Below, piece after piece: positions 28,810 through 38,133 of a stretch of DNA of 64,000 nucleotides. The stretch comes from Candidatus Omnitrophota bacterium (GTDB taxonomy: Bacteria; Omnitrophota; Gorgyraeia; Tantalellales; Tantalellaceae): assembly GCA_015231405.1 (NCBI GenBank), contig JADGBR010000004.1, positions 64,189 through 128,188 of the forward strand, written 5' to 3'. The translations under genes were made by a program, and so were the position numbers. Each line of letters begins with the position of its first letter. Position 1 is the stretch's first letter. The notes beneath the pieces are model-generated. The model saw nothing but the letters and a program-made list of their open reading frames with translations. It was not told the DNA's origin and did no database searches.

Positions 28810-29839
28810 TAGTATCTCTCCACTTTAACTGTGAATCCATCGCGATGTTATCCTTCGCTTTTTTCCCAAGCAGACTTTTGAAAGATACTGCCTTAATCTC
28901 GCCGGTACCGGGGCGTTTCACCCAGATATTATCGGGAGTAAATTTCTCGTTTTTCTTTATGTCGCGTATCGCCACGACGGAAGCGTAGGCGAAATTTATG
29001 ACAGGCATTTCCTCAGACAATATCTCTTTCTTTCCTCCCATGGCCTGCCATACCGCTTTCGCCCCCTTCACAAGCTCCGATAGCTCTCCCGGTTCGATCG
29101 AGATAGAAATATCCGGGCCCGGCCATTTTCGGCTAACCGTAAAATGTTTTTCCAAAACACACGCTCCGAAAGATACCGCCCCCAGGCATGTATATATCCC
29201 CTGGGAATGGTCGCTCAATCCCACCGGAAGTCCAAAGATATCCATCAGCTGTCCGATGGCCCCCAGCCGGACCTTTTCATAGGGTGTCGGATATATAGAA
29301 GTACAATGCATGAGCATGACCGGAGTTTTATACTTTCTGATAACTTTCAAGGTTTTGCCTATGGAGCCGATATCATTCATCCCGGTAGAAAGGATCATCG
29401 GCTTGCCCTTTTTAGCTATATGTTCAATAAGAGGGAGGTTATTACATTCTCCGGACCCTATTTTAAAAGCCGGAACGTCCATCCTTGAAAGCCTGTCGGC
29501 GGCTTCCCTGGAAAACGGCGTCGACAGGTACATTATATTATTTTTTTCACAGTATTTCTTGATACGCTTTTCCTCATCTTCACTTAATTCACAGCGCTTG
29601 ATTATATCCCATACGCTTTCACTCGATAATTTACCGGGCTTGGCTTTGGATTTTATCATTTCGGCCTCGGCAATATGGGATTGGAACTTAATGCAATCCG
29701 CTTTAGCGATGACGGCCGCGTCTACAAGCTTGAGCGCCTTATCAAAAGAACCTTCATGGTTTATCCCGGCTTCAGCGATTACAAAAGGAGGATGCCCCGC
29801 CCCTACTTTCCTATCCCCAATTCTCATATTTTTCATCAT
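28802..29839 (-). CDS. neuB: N-acetylneuraminate synthase family protein (NeuB/LegI/PseI-like) with C-terminal SAF domain
   Basis: 345 aa. FVIAEAGINHEGS is the hallmark motif. Confidence 0.9.
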   Translation of the reverse strand: MMKNMRIGDRKVGAGHPPFVIAEAGINHEGSFDKALKLVDAAVIAKADCIKFQSHIAEAEMIKSKAKPGKLSSESVWDIIKRCELSEDEEKRIKKYCEKNNIMYLSTPFSREAADRLSRMDVPAFKIGSGECNNLPLIEHIAKKGKPMILSTGMNDIGSIGKTLKVIRKYKTPVMLMHCTSIYPTPYEKVRLGAIGQLMDIFGLPVGLSDHSQGIYTCLGAVSFGACVLEKHFTVSRKWPGPDISISIEPGELSELVKGAKAVWQAMGGKKEILSEEMPVINFAYASVVAIRDIKKNEKFTPDNIWVKRPGTGEIKAVSFKSLLGKKAKDNIAMDSQLKWRDTNG

Positions 29840-29897
29840 TTCACCCCATTTGATCGGCAGAATCGTTTAAATCGTTTAAAATGCTTTTAACGCAACT

Positions 29898-29925
29898 ATT
29901 ATATTTAATTAAACCCTTTTGTCAA
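29898..29925 (-). promoter_or_regulatory. Near-consensus sigma70 promoter TTGACA-16-TATAAT (minus strand) driving the neuB-neuC-rSAM-neuA-aminotransferase-ABC operon
   Basis: The minus strand reads TTGACAaaagggtttaattaaaTATAAT. The -35 box is at 29920-29925 and the -10 box at 29898-29903. It lies 60 nt upstream of the neuB ATG. Confidence 0.6.
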
Positions 29926-29973
29926 TTGCCAACAGATCAGTTGACCACTTAATAAGCAATTAGGCTCAGGTCT

Positions 29974-31383
29974 TTAATCGAGAGGGATTTCACCATCCAG
30001 ATACTTTTTAAAATTCTCATAAAAATGGATCTGCCGATCCTTTCTGAAATCAGGCATATCAATGCAGGTATTAGAATCGCCGATAATATGGTCCTCCGGA
30101 ATATACCCAAGATCCACTGCCATTTTTCTCATTTCCGTCCCTCTGTAAGGCTGAAAATAATTGATAGAAATGCTTTTCGGCCGTATCTTTCTCAAAAGAT
30201 CTATCGTTTCCCTGAACATACATTCTTTTTCATAAGGCATGCCGATAATGATGTTAGCCGTAGTCCTTATGCCGTGTTTATGGACAATATCAAAAGCCTC
30301 GATTATCTTTTCGTTGCTCATATATCTTCTCATGTGTGTTTTTCTCAGTTCCACGTTGCCGTTCTCTATCCCTATGCCGATGGAGGAAACATTGGCATCT
30401 TTTAACTTCTTTATGTAACCCTCACTTATTGTTTCCGGCCTGGTCTGGATGTAAAACGGCAAACCTATCCTGGACTTATATCTTTCACAGAACAGGTCAA
30501 ATCTTTCGGGAGGCATACCCAAAAAATTATCATCTATGAAGAACACCAATTCCAATCCGTACCTATCCTTTACCATTGAAACTTCGTCCATGGTCCTATC
30601 AATATCCCTGAATCTGAGGAAGTCGCCTTTTTTCTCATATAGTTCCTTCAAACTCGCGGTGCAGCAAAACGTACAGTTAAATGGACACCCTCTCGCTAAC
30701 TCAAAAAAACCTGTTCTGAAAAATGAGCCGCAATAAGGCTTGTAGTAATGTCTTTTGTCGAAAATGGACCAATCCTGAAATGAAAGAGTGGCCATATCCT
30801 TTAACGGCCTTAACGGATTTTTTATTATTTTCCCTTCTTTCTTGACCCACAGGTTCTTTATCGCGGCATGGTCCCGCCCTTCAACCAAACTTTCCGCCAG
30901 TTCTACAAGAGGATCCTCCCCTTCCCCGACACACACAATATCTATTCCGTCATTATTGATCACCATATCAGGACACATCGTTACCGTTGGTCCGCCGGCA
31001 ATAACCGGAACCTTCACCGTCTTTCTAAACTCCCCGAGAAGTGCTACGACGAATTTATAAGATACGTCAATTATTGTCACCGCGATAAGATCCGGCCTAA
31101 AATCGTCAACCGCTTTCTTGAACAACTCCGGTATCTTTTCCGGGACCGTAGGATCCCAGTAATCCCCCCAGTATTTCAAGTGATCCGCTTTTAAAACTCC
31201 CCCATGTTTTTGCCTGTACAAATGGGTCTTTGGAGGGGCTTTTAAAAATGTTGTGTCGAAGCACGCGGTTTCGAACCCGGCGGCCTTAAGCCCCCCCGAA
31301 AGCAATGCCAAACCGTTAGGAATACCGCCATCCCCTTCGGTATTGGGATACAAAAAAAGGACCCGCCCCTTAATGTTAAGCAT
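29974..31383 (-). CDS. B12-binding domain radical SAM protein (class B rSAM), paralog 3
   Basis: 469 aa. It has an N-terminal B12-like domain, then CPFNCTFC. It overlaps the upstream sulfotransferase gene by 8 nt. Confidence 0.8.
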   Translation of the reverse strand: MLNIKGRVLFLYPNTEGDGGIPNGLALLSGGLKAAGFETACFDTTFLKAPPKTHLYRQKHGGVLKADHLKYWGDYWDPTVPEKIPELFKKAVDDFRPDLIAVTIIDVSYKFVVALLGEFRKTVKVPVIAGGPTVTMCPDMVINNDGIDIVCVGEGEDPLVELAESLVEGRDHAAIKNLWVKKEGKIIKNPLRPLKDMATLSFQDWSIFDKRHYYKPYCGSFFRTGFFELARGCPFNCTFCCTASLKELYEKKGDFLRFRDIDRTMDEVSMVKDRYGLELVFFIDDNFLGMPPERFDLFCERYKSRIGLPFYIQTRPETISEGYIKKLKDANVSSIGIGIENGNVELRKTHMRRYMSNEKIIEAFDIVHKHGIRTTANIIIGMPYEKECMFRETIDLLRKIRPKSISINYFQPYRGTEMRKMAVDLGYIPEDHIIGDSNTCIDMPDFRKDRQIHFYENFKKYLDGEIPLD

Positions 31384-32194
31384 ATGAAACTAAGTCCCCC
31401 GACTTCCTGTAAAGTTTATCAAAAAGACCGGCATCGTAATATCTAAACCGCTTGATATCGTATTTCTCGTTCACCGTTCTATCGCATATTTCCTTCAGTA
31501 ACACGGGATCTATCTTTTCGGAAGGCGCGATAAAGGATATGACTTTCCAAACCTGTTCATAAGGCCTCTCAATGAGACTCTGGTACGGAATAAAAACTGT
31601 TTTCGGGTTCTTATTTTGAACCACCCATTTTCTCATGAACCTCTTCCATTCAACAAGCACCGGCGGGGTAACTAACAATAGGTTATACCTCAGACACTTT
31701 TTAATTATTCCCGTGATTTTTGAGTGATACAAAAGAACCGCCATAGCTTTCACCAACAAGTTTGACTCGAAAGTCCCCCCGAACACCTCCCTAAGCAGAT
31801 ACGAATGCCAATGGTCAACGCTGATCTTAATTGACGGATCCGACTCTAATGCCCCCTTGGAAACGTAGTTGTACAGAGAAACCAGCGTTTCAACCGGGTC
31901 ACGGTATTGTACTATATACCTCTTAAACGGGTCATTTGGCAATTTAAGATCAAAATCATGATTTTTCTGGAAGTTAGTGACTGATTCGACACAAGGAGTC
32001 CGTCCACAGTGGCTATAGTTTTCGCAGTAATGAAACCGGCCGGCATGTATTATGTTTCGGCACTGAGCGGCTGTGCTTACGTCTCTGATCTCCGGATAAT
32101 TAATATCGCCGCTGAAATATTTCAACAGACAATTGACAAGCAAGTGGTGCCCGCTACGCGGAAAACTAACGCAAATGACCTTTTCTAACGACAT
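31376..32194 (-). CDS. Sulfotransferase family protein (PAPS-dependent)
   Basis: 272 aa. The 5'-PSB-like motif is VSFPRSGHH (compare PKSGTT), and the 3'-PB-like motif is YRDPVE (RDP). Confidence 0.6.
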   Translation of the reverse strand: MSLEKVICVSFPRSGHHLLVNCLLKYFSGDINYPEIRDVSTAAQCRNIIHAGRFHYCENYSHCGRTPCVESVTNFQKNHDFDLKLPNDPFKRYIVQYRDPVETLVSLYNYVSKGALESDPSIKISVDHWHSYLLREVFGGTFESNLLVKAMAVLLYHSKITGIIKKCLRYNLLLVTPPVLVEWKRFMRKWVVQNKNPKTVFIPYQSLIERPYEQVWKVISFIAPSEKIDPVLLKEICDRTVNEKYDIKRFRYYDAGLFDKLYRKSGDLVSYA

Positions 32195-32330
32195 CCCATC
32201 CCTGATTACTTTATGTATATGAAAACCTGATCCCCGTAAAAATTTGTTTCATTATTATACGAAAAAGATTATATTAAGTCTATGTCTTACGACCATCCTT
32301 TTCCCGTTATGCGCAAAAGGCTAAATATTT

Positions 32331-33116
32331 ATGTTCAATAAACTTCGTTCCAGGGTCAAAAGAACCTTACTAAAGTTATTCGAAATTTTCTCCAATAAGG
32401 TCCTTGACCCGGATCGTATCAGAGACCCTTTCTACAGACAGAAATTCCTGACAAACAATTGCGGTCCTTTGACTATTTTTGATGTAGGGGCGTATATCGG
32501 GACCGTCGCCCTTGGCTATAACGACATTTTTCCGGGATCGGAGATACACTGTTTCGAACCCTATCCCGGTAATTATAAGAAACTTTGCGAAAATGTTAAA
32601 GGTCGTCCGTCGATCAAACCTTTCCAGCTGGCTGTTTCCGACAAGGATTCATCCGTTGACTTTTTCGTTAATAGCGGGTGGGAATCGACCAGTTCATTGT
32701 TCGAACGCTCGCAATATGGCCGGAGGTATTACCCGAACGGAGCCGATTCCTCCTCGCGGATAGAGGTCCGGGCTATAACGTTAGACTACCATTGCGAAAA
32801 GAACGCTATTAACAAAATTGATATCCTTAAAATGGACATCCAGGGTGGCGAATTATCCGCATTGCGAGGGGCTCAGAAACTTCTGAAAGGGAACAAGATA
32901 TCCGTGCTTTTCCTGGAAGTGATGTTCATCCCCCATTATAAGGATGCCCCCCTGTTCCGCGATATCGAACAGTTCCTGGCCCAATACGGATATTCCCTGT
33001 ATAATATTTATTCTCTATCACATGGGAAGAACGGTCAACTCAGGCACGGAGACGCGATTTTCGTTAGCGAAATGATACGAAATAATGTTTTGGATAAATT
33101 TCACAATGAGCCATAG
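32331..33116 (+). CDS. FkbM-family methyltransferase
   Basis: 261 aa. Motifs: IFDVGAYIGTVAL and LKMDIQGGE. Confidence 0.8.
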   Translation: MFNKLRSRVKRTLLKLFEIFSNKVLDPDRIRDPFYRQKFLTNNCGPLTIFDVGAYIGTVALGYNDIFPGSEIHCFEPYPGNYKKLCENVKGRPSIKPFQLAVSDKDSSVDFFVNSGWESTSSLFERSQYGRRYYPNGADSSSRIEVRAITLDYHCEKNAINKIDILKMDIQGGELSALRGAQKLLKGNKISVLFLEVMFIPHYKDAPLFRDIEQFLAQYGYSLYNIYSLSHGKNGQLRHGDAIFVSEMIRNNVLDKFHNEP

Positions 33117-33126
33117 AAAAGCACTT

Positions 33127-34422
33127 TCACATTACATCTTTGGGATCCGAAGCATTTTTGCCATTTTGATAAATCGCCGTCATCTCTTTAGCCAATATTT
33201 CGGCGATCATTTCGCACCCGGAAATATTATAATGGCAGCCGTCATAAAAGACCGAGGTATCCTTAGGCAGCATTGAGGCAAGATCGACGTATGGGATCCC
33301 CTCCTGCCGGCATACTTCTATCAGAGCGCTGTTGTAAACGTCCAGGATCTTCCCGAGAGCTTCTGTCGTGTACGCCTCACCCGGACCATTGTGCTGCCAA
33401 AGAAGTTCTTCAAGGTCCGGGGGCAGATCTTTTCGCCACATAGAGGGTTGTGTGAGCATTAACAGCTTTTGATCTCTGACCTTACACATATCTATGATCT
33501 TTTTTAAATTGCTTTTATAAACACGGACAGATTCGTCCAGGCCCTCGGGCAATCGGTCGATCGCGCGATTTTCCAGGGCTTTCTTTCGCATTTGTCTCGC
33601 GGTATCGAACCAGCGCCCGCTCGGATCCTGCAGGACGGTTTCAAGACAGAAATAATTCAAAAAAGCGTTCCTGCATTTGGCAAACAGTTTCATATCCCTG
33701 TAATAGATCTTCCCGCGGGCAGAAACCGTTTTGATATTTGCTTGAGACCTGATCTCATAGTTCCTCCTCAAAAGAGTTCCCATGTCATTTATACCAACCA
33801 GCATTATTACCCAATCGAACTTGTTCGCCCACCGATAATTACGGAGAAGCTCCATATGGTTCAAGGTAAAATGCCCGCTCCTGCCGGCATTCCCTACAAA
33901 AACTTTTTTCCCGAGTCTGTCCGCAAGCTTATCCTGTAATCTCCAGGGCCAGGTTAGTTTATCGCTCACGTACAAACACTCAGCAGTGCTCCCACCCGCG
34001 ACCAGTATCCTGATATCTTTTTTTTCAATATCAACCTCAGGTCCCCTTAAGTTTAAATTATTAACCGAAAGCTCAATCTTTCCATCAATACCAGGCATAA
34101 CTCCGGTGGCAGCATAACTGATCCTGTGTATTCGCGGCCATGGGATATACGCCTCCGGTTTAAGTCTGAGATACTGTTCGCAGAGAAATATCGACAGGAT
34201 CAATGAATACGTTATCAGTATCAAACGGACAAGCTGTTCCTTATTTTCGCGAAAAAGGAACAGGCAACCAAGATAAAGAGTAAGCACCACAAAAATCAAT
34301 AGATCGAATTTCTCGAACGTTTTATAGGAATTTTTCACAATGGCATATAGCACCAGCGCTTCATGAATGAAAACAGGAATCAACGCCGCCAAGATTAGAA
34401 TTGTTTTAATATTTTTTTTCAT
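33127..34422 (-). CDS. Membrane-anchored SGNH-type hydrolase/esterase
   Basis: 431 aa. There are three N-terminal TM helices, block I ILVAGGSTAE and block V DGCHYN. Confidence 0.5.
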   Translation of the reverse strand: MKKNIKTILILAALIPVFIHEALVLYAIVKNSYKTFEKFDLLIFVVLTLYLGCLFLFRENKEQLVRLILITYSLILSIFLCEQYLRLKPEAYIPWPRIHRISYAATGVMPGIDGKIELSVNNLNLRGPEVDIEKKDIRILVAGGSTAECLYVSDKLTWPWRLQDKLADRLGKKVFVGNAGRSGHFTLNHMELLRNYRWANKFDWVIMLVGINDMGTLLRRNYEIRSQANIKTVSARGKIYYRDMKLFAKCRNAFLNYFCLETVLQDPSGRWFDTARQMRKKALENRAIDRLPEGLDESVRVYKSNLKKIIDMCKVRDQKLLMLTQPSMWRKDLPPDLEELLWQHNGPGEAYTTEALGKILDVYNSALIEVCRQEGIPYVDLASMLPKDTSVFYDGCHYNISGCEMIAEILAKEMTAIYQNGKNASDPKDVM

Positions 34423-34473
34423 TATGCTGCCTGCGTCGTCCAGTGCCGTTACTTCCCCTATTAAACTCGGCCT

Positions 34474-35214
34474 TTATTTACGTATCGTCCAGAAATCACC
34501 TGACAGGGTCTCCAGGTACTCGAAAGGCATGGTGAAATAACCTTTCAGACCCCAATCCTCGCCCCAGGAGTTACGCACGGTGAAACGTTTCTTTTTACGG
34601 TCGTATCCGACGGCCATTACAGCATGGCCGCCCAGCTGGGTCTCGTCCTCTTTCGGCATGGGGACTATGCCGGTCCGCGCGACTTTCGCGGACTCGAAAC
34701 TTTCGTATACGGCGAAACCGAAAACGAAAGGGTATCCTTCCGCGAGACAGGCTAGCATTTCATTTGTCGTACTTAGACGATGATACGCCTTTATCGAACG
34801 TTTTTTGCCTTCATCGTAACATTTCTTAGGAGGTTTTTTCGCGAATTTGGATATCACGTAGGGCCAGAGTTTTTCCCGGCACGCGCCTTCGTTCTTCAGG
34901 GTTTTGATGCCGTCGCGGAGAGACGCGCCTGAGTCCGAATCTATCGTGCCCATCAGGGCCCTTTCGTTATAATACACGAACAGCCGGCTGGCGTCCTCAT
35001 ATTCGCCGTCTATTTTCTTATCAAGAAATTCAAGGTTCCCCGCCAGAGCCTGGGACGTACAGCTCCCGAGAGCTTCCTGGTCCTCAACAGCGGAACAACC
35101 CTCCCGGAGGTCGACTTTTTCCGGCAGCTTAATGACGGGCTTAATAGCCTTGTACAGATAGTCCCTCTGGTCCGGTATATCGGGCACCCAGCCGTAGTTC
35201 CTTGCTCTCTCCAT
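34474..35214 (-). CDS. Papain-like cysteine peptidase (C1 family), cytoplasmic (no signal peptide)
   Basis: 246 aa. QEALGSCTSQA (Gln, then the catalytic Cys), GGHAVMAVGYD (His) and NSWGEDWG (Asn/Trp) match the C1A catalytic signature. Confidence 0.7.
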   Translation of the reverse strand: MERARNYGWVPDIPDQRDYLYKAIKPVIKLPEKVDLREGCSAVEDQEALGSCTSQALAGNLEFLDKKIDGEYEDASRLFVYYNERALMGTIDSDSGASLRDGIKTLKNEGACREKLWPYVISKFAKKPPKKCYDEGKKRSIKAYHRLSTTNEMLACLAEGYPFVFGFAVYESFESAKVARTGIVPMPKEDETQLGGHAVMAVGYDRKKKRFTVRNSWGEDWGLKGYFTMPFEYLETLSGDFWTIRK

Positions 35215-35354
35215 ACCTTATACCCCCCCTTTTTCTAATTTACAATATCACATGGTGGCAATTATCGCCGAATTTGGATCGCTTGTCATCAATTTTCCGA
35301 ACTGACACTACTTGTATCTATGAACACTCTATCCATATTTTACCACCTATCCGC

Positions 35355-35630
35355 CTACCCGCATAAATATTCATCATGTTTGGCCGACGCGTCATTTACA
35401 TTCAGTTTTATACCCCCTACCATACGGATCAATGGGTCATTGTCCCAGTTCACCCTCTTCTCCCGGGTTTTCAAGAACTTGTCTATCGCCTCTCTTATAA
35501 GCTCTGAGACTGCTAACTGTTTGCGCTTAGCCTCGAGCTTAAGCATCCTCATCTGGCTTTCCTCCAGATATATCTGTGTCCTATGCAACGCTCCTCTCTC
35601 ATTACGCCCTCCTCTTATACGATGTTTCAC
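35355..35630 (-). CDS. Ribbon-helix-helix (CopG/VapB-type) antitoxin, orphan
   Basis: 91 aa. RTQIYLEESQMRMLKLEAKRKQLAVSELIREAIDKFL is a typical RHH antitoxin DNA-binding domain. No toxin gene follows. Confidence 0.6.
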   Translation of the reverse strand: MKHRIRGGRNERGALHRTQIYLEESQMRMLKLEAKRKQLAVSELIREAIDKFLKTREKRVNWDNDPLIRMVGGIKLNVNDASAKHDEYLCG

Positions 35631-35702
35631 AAAATCTCGGCCTAATATCGTTATACATTATACACGATACATCATCCATGACCTTTTGGGAAGTTTGTAC
35701 TA

Positions 35703-35977
35703 GTTCAGTTGTGGAACGGAACACCGTCATTGCGAGGAGCGAAGCGACGAAGCAATCCCAACACTCTCATTAGAGTACCTTTTAATTCCTTCAGTTCTTT
35801 TTCATATTGGCTGCAATCCTTGCAACCGGTCAAATGATATGCTCCCTTTTTGCATGGAGAATATCATAGATATTTCAATTCGCAAGTATTCGGATATTTT
35901 TGCAGGGATTGCTTCGTCGGCCTGCGGGCCTCCTCGCAATGACACCAAGGCGCCCTTATCGCTGCCATAACTGAACT
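35703..35977. mobile_element. MITE-like non-autonomous element, copy A (~275 bp) with ~60-bp imperfect terminal inverted repeats
   Basis: The left TIR AGTTCAGTTGTGGAACGG...CGTCATTGCGAGGAGCGAAGCGACGAAGCAATCCC is the reverse complement of the right TIR GGGATTGCTTCGTCGGCC...CCTCGCAATGAC...AACTGAACT. It is non-coding. Confidence 0.6.
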
Positions 35978-35993
35978 TTTACCCCATAGGGAT

Positions 35994-37079
35994 TTACCAT
36001 CTCCACGCGACGCCGGCGTTGATCGTTGTTTCGGCGCCGGATGCCAGGATGGAGAGGAAGGCCTGGCCGTCGCCTTTCAGGATGTTGTGGGATAATTTTA
36101 GTTCGATGCCGATGTCCCTGTTCTCCGGGTCGTTCTTCAGCCGGAAAGAAACGGTGTTGTTTTCGAGGAGCCTGATATCGGCGCCGAAGACTATCGTTCC
36201 CGTCCTTTTATCGCCGTACCGCGCCTCGAAAGCCAGGCCCAAGTCCCTTTTCAAATACCATTTGCCGGATAAAGTTATTATCCGTTTTACCGGATCGGCT
36301 TTTGAGACCAGTCCGATCCCGGCCTCGTAGCGTATATCCCCTTCCCTGAAGACCCCCGCTCCGGTCTTAAATGAGAATACCGAATCCGTATCCCCGCTGA
36401 GCGCGTATGTGATGCGGAACTTCTCTTTTACGACCCAACGCCCGGCGAAGACAAGCGTATGGGTCTGGCTCTTTTTCCTAATGAGAGCTTTCTCTTCGTA
36501 ACGATAAACTAACTGGAAGTCGTCGTTCATATCCCATGCGCCCATAAAAGTGAGGATGTCGTACCTGCCTCCCTCTTTTCGCGCGTGGAACGTTATCCTG
36601 TTATTATCGTCAGCTTTCCAGGACCCGCCGAGCTCGAGAACATAGATCGAACGCGTGTGCTTTTTTGTCACCGTCGTGACGGCGAATAAAAGGGAATTGC
36701 CTTTAACGTCGAGGATATCGCCCTCGAGGGTTATTTTATCGCCGAATGTTTCACGCGAGGATTTGTCCAGGGTAAGAGAGAGAGCGTGGTCATCCGTTAA
36801 AGCCCAATCGCCCGTCAGCCTGAGCTGGTTCGGGATCTCCATGCCTTCGGGGAGAGGCGCTTTAATACGGTAGGTGAGTTCGTTATTCCCGTCGACCATG
36901 AACCGGCCGTCAAGCACCTGCCTGAATTCGGGGAGATCGCTTTTTTCGCCGTAGCTGTTAAGGACCAGCCTGTTATAGGGGTCTATTTCGTAGCGTATCC
37001 GCGGCACGCGATCTCCTCCCGGATGTTTAGGATCGTCTTGAATAAAATTCCCGTATTTTCTCCGCGACGCGCCTGGCAT
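35994..37079 (-). CDS. Hypothetical beta-rich protein (C-terminal ...AGVAWRW)
   Basis: 361 aa with no recognisable motif. It has the C-terminal aromatic ending of OM beta-barrels but no obvious signal peptide. Confidence 0.35.
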   Translation of the reverse strand: MPGASRRKYGNFIQDDPKHPGGDRVPRIRYEIDPYNRLVLNSYGEKSDLPEFRQVLDGRFMVDGNNELTYRIKAPLPEGMEIPNQLRLTGDWALTDDHALSLTLDKSSRETFGDKITLEGDILDVKGNSLLFAVTTVTKKHTRSIYVLELGGSWKADDNNRITFHARKEGGRYDILTFMGAWDMNDDFQLVYRYEEKALIRKKSQTHTLVFAGRWVVKEKFRITYALSGDTDSVFSFKTGAGVFREGDIRYEAGIGLVSKADPVKRIITLSGKWYLKRDLGLAFEARYGDKRTGTIVFGADIRLLENNTVSFRLKNDPENRDIGIELKLSHNILKGDGQAFLSILASGAETTINAGVAWRW

Positions 37080-38133
37080 TGTCCTCGGGCATATCGGGAT
37101 AAATGGGAAGGCTTAAGATCTCGCCGGATATTTTTTGAGTATTCTTAAGGCTTTTGCCGGTCCTGGCACTGCCGCTATAGGCCGGCTGGAGATGTACGGG
37201 TACGGGATAATGGATAGCTGTCTGGATACCATTATCGGATAAAAAAGCCCTTAGCTCTTCCCTTCTTTTAGAACGGATGACGAACTGGTGATAAACATGC
37301 CGGACATTAGGGGCCTCGTAAGGCAACACTATATCGAGCCCGGATAACATTTCTTTATAAATAGCGGCTATCCCTATCCGCCTGGAATTCTCCATGTCCA
37401 GATATTTTAGCTTCACCCGCAATATGGCCGCCTGTATCTCGTCGAGCCTCGAGTTCATGCCTTTCGACGCGCTCACATACCTTTCTTTCCAGCCGTATTC
37501 CCTCGCGGCCCTGACTTTATCGGCGAGAACGCCGTTATCCGTGACGACAATGCCACCGTCACCGAGCGCACCGAGATTCTTGGTCGGGTAAAAGCTGAAC
37601 GCCGCCATATCGCCCATGGAACCGGTCTTTTTCCCGGAAAATAGAGCGCCATGGGACTGGGCGGAATCTTCTATCACTTTGAGGCCTCTTTCACGGGCGA
37701 AAGGAATGATCTTATCCATGTCCGCCGGATGTCCATAAAGATGCACCGGTATAATGGCCTTGGTTTTTTGGGTGAGGGCGCCTTCCATTTCGCGGATATC
37801 GATCGTATAAGTTTCGGGATCGACGTCCACTAGAACAGGCGCCCCGCCGGCAAGCTCGATAGCGGCGACGGTCGCGACCGCCGTATGTGAAACAGTGATG
37901 ACCTCGTCGCCCGGCCCTATCCCTCCGGCCATGACGGCGAGAGCTACCGCTTCCGTTCCGTTAGCGACGCCGATCGCGTATTTCACGCCGATATACCCGG
38001 CGAACTCTTCCTCGAATTTTCTGACTTCACCGCCAAGGATATAGCACCCGCCCTCGAGCGCAATGGCGATAGCCTGTTCTATCTCATTTTTATGGCTCAG
38101 GTAATTCGCTTTAGGGTCGGCCTGTTTTATCAT
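37027..38133 (-). CDS. DegT/DnrJ/EryC1/StrS-family sugar aminotransferase (ArnB/WbpE-like)
   Basis: Start is at the internal Met [12 protein letters not shown], whose ATG overlaps the upstream stop by 1 nt. The PLP-aminotransferase fold is present, including ...[17 protein letters not shown]... Confidence 0.85.
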   Translation of the reverse strand: MIKQADPKANYLSHKNEIEQAIAIALEGGCYILGGEVRKFEEEFAGYIGVKYAIGVANGTEAVALAVMAGGIGPGDEVITVSHTAVATVAAIELAGGAPVLVDVDPETYTIDIREMEGALTQKTKAIIPVHLYGHPADMDKIIPFARERGLKVIEDSAQSHGALFSGKKTGSMGDMAAFSFYPTKNLGALGDGGIVVTDNGVLADKVRAAREYGWKERYVSASKGMNSRLDEIQAAILRVKLKYLDMENSRRIGIAAIYKEMLSGLDIVLPYEAPNVRHVYHQFVIRSKRREELRAFLSDNGIQTAIHYPVPVHLQPAYSGSARTGKSLKNTQKISGEILSLPIYPDMPEDNARRVAEKIREFYSRRS

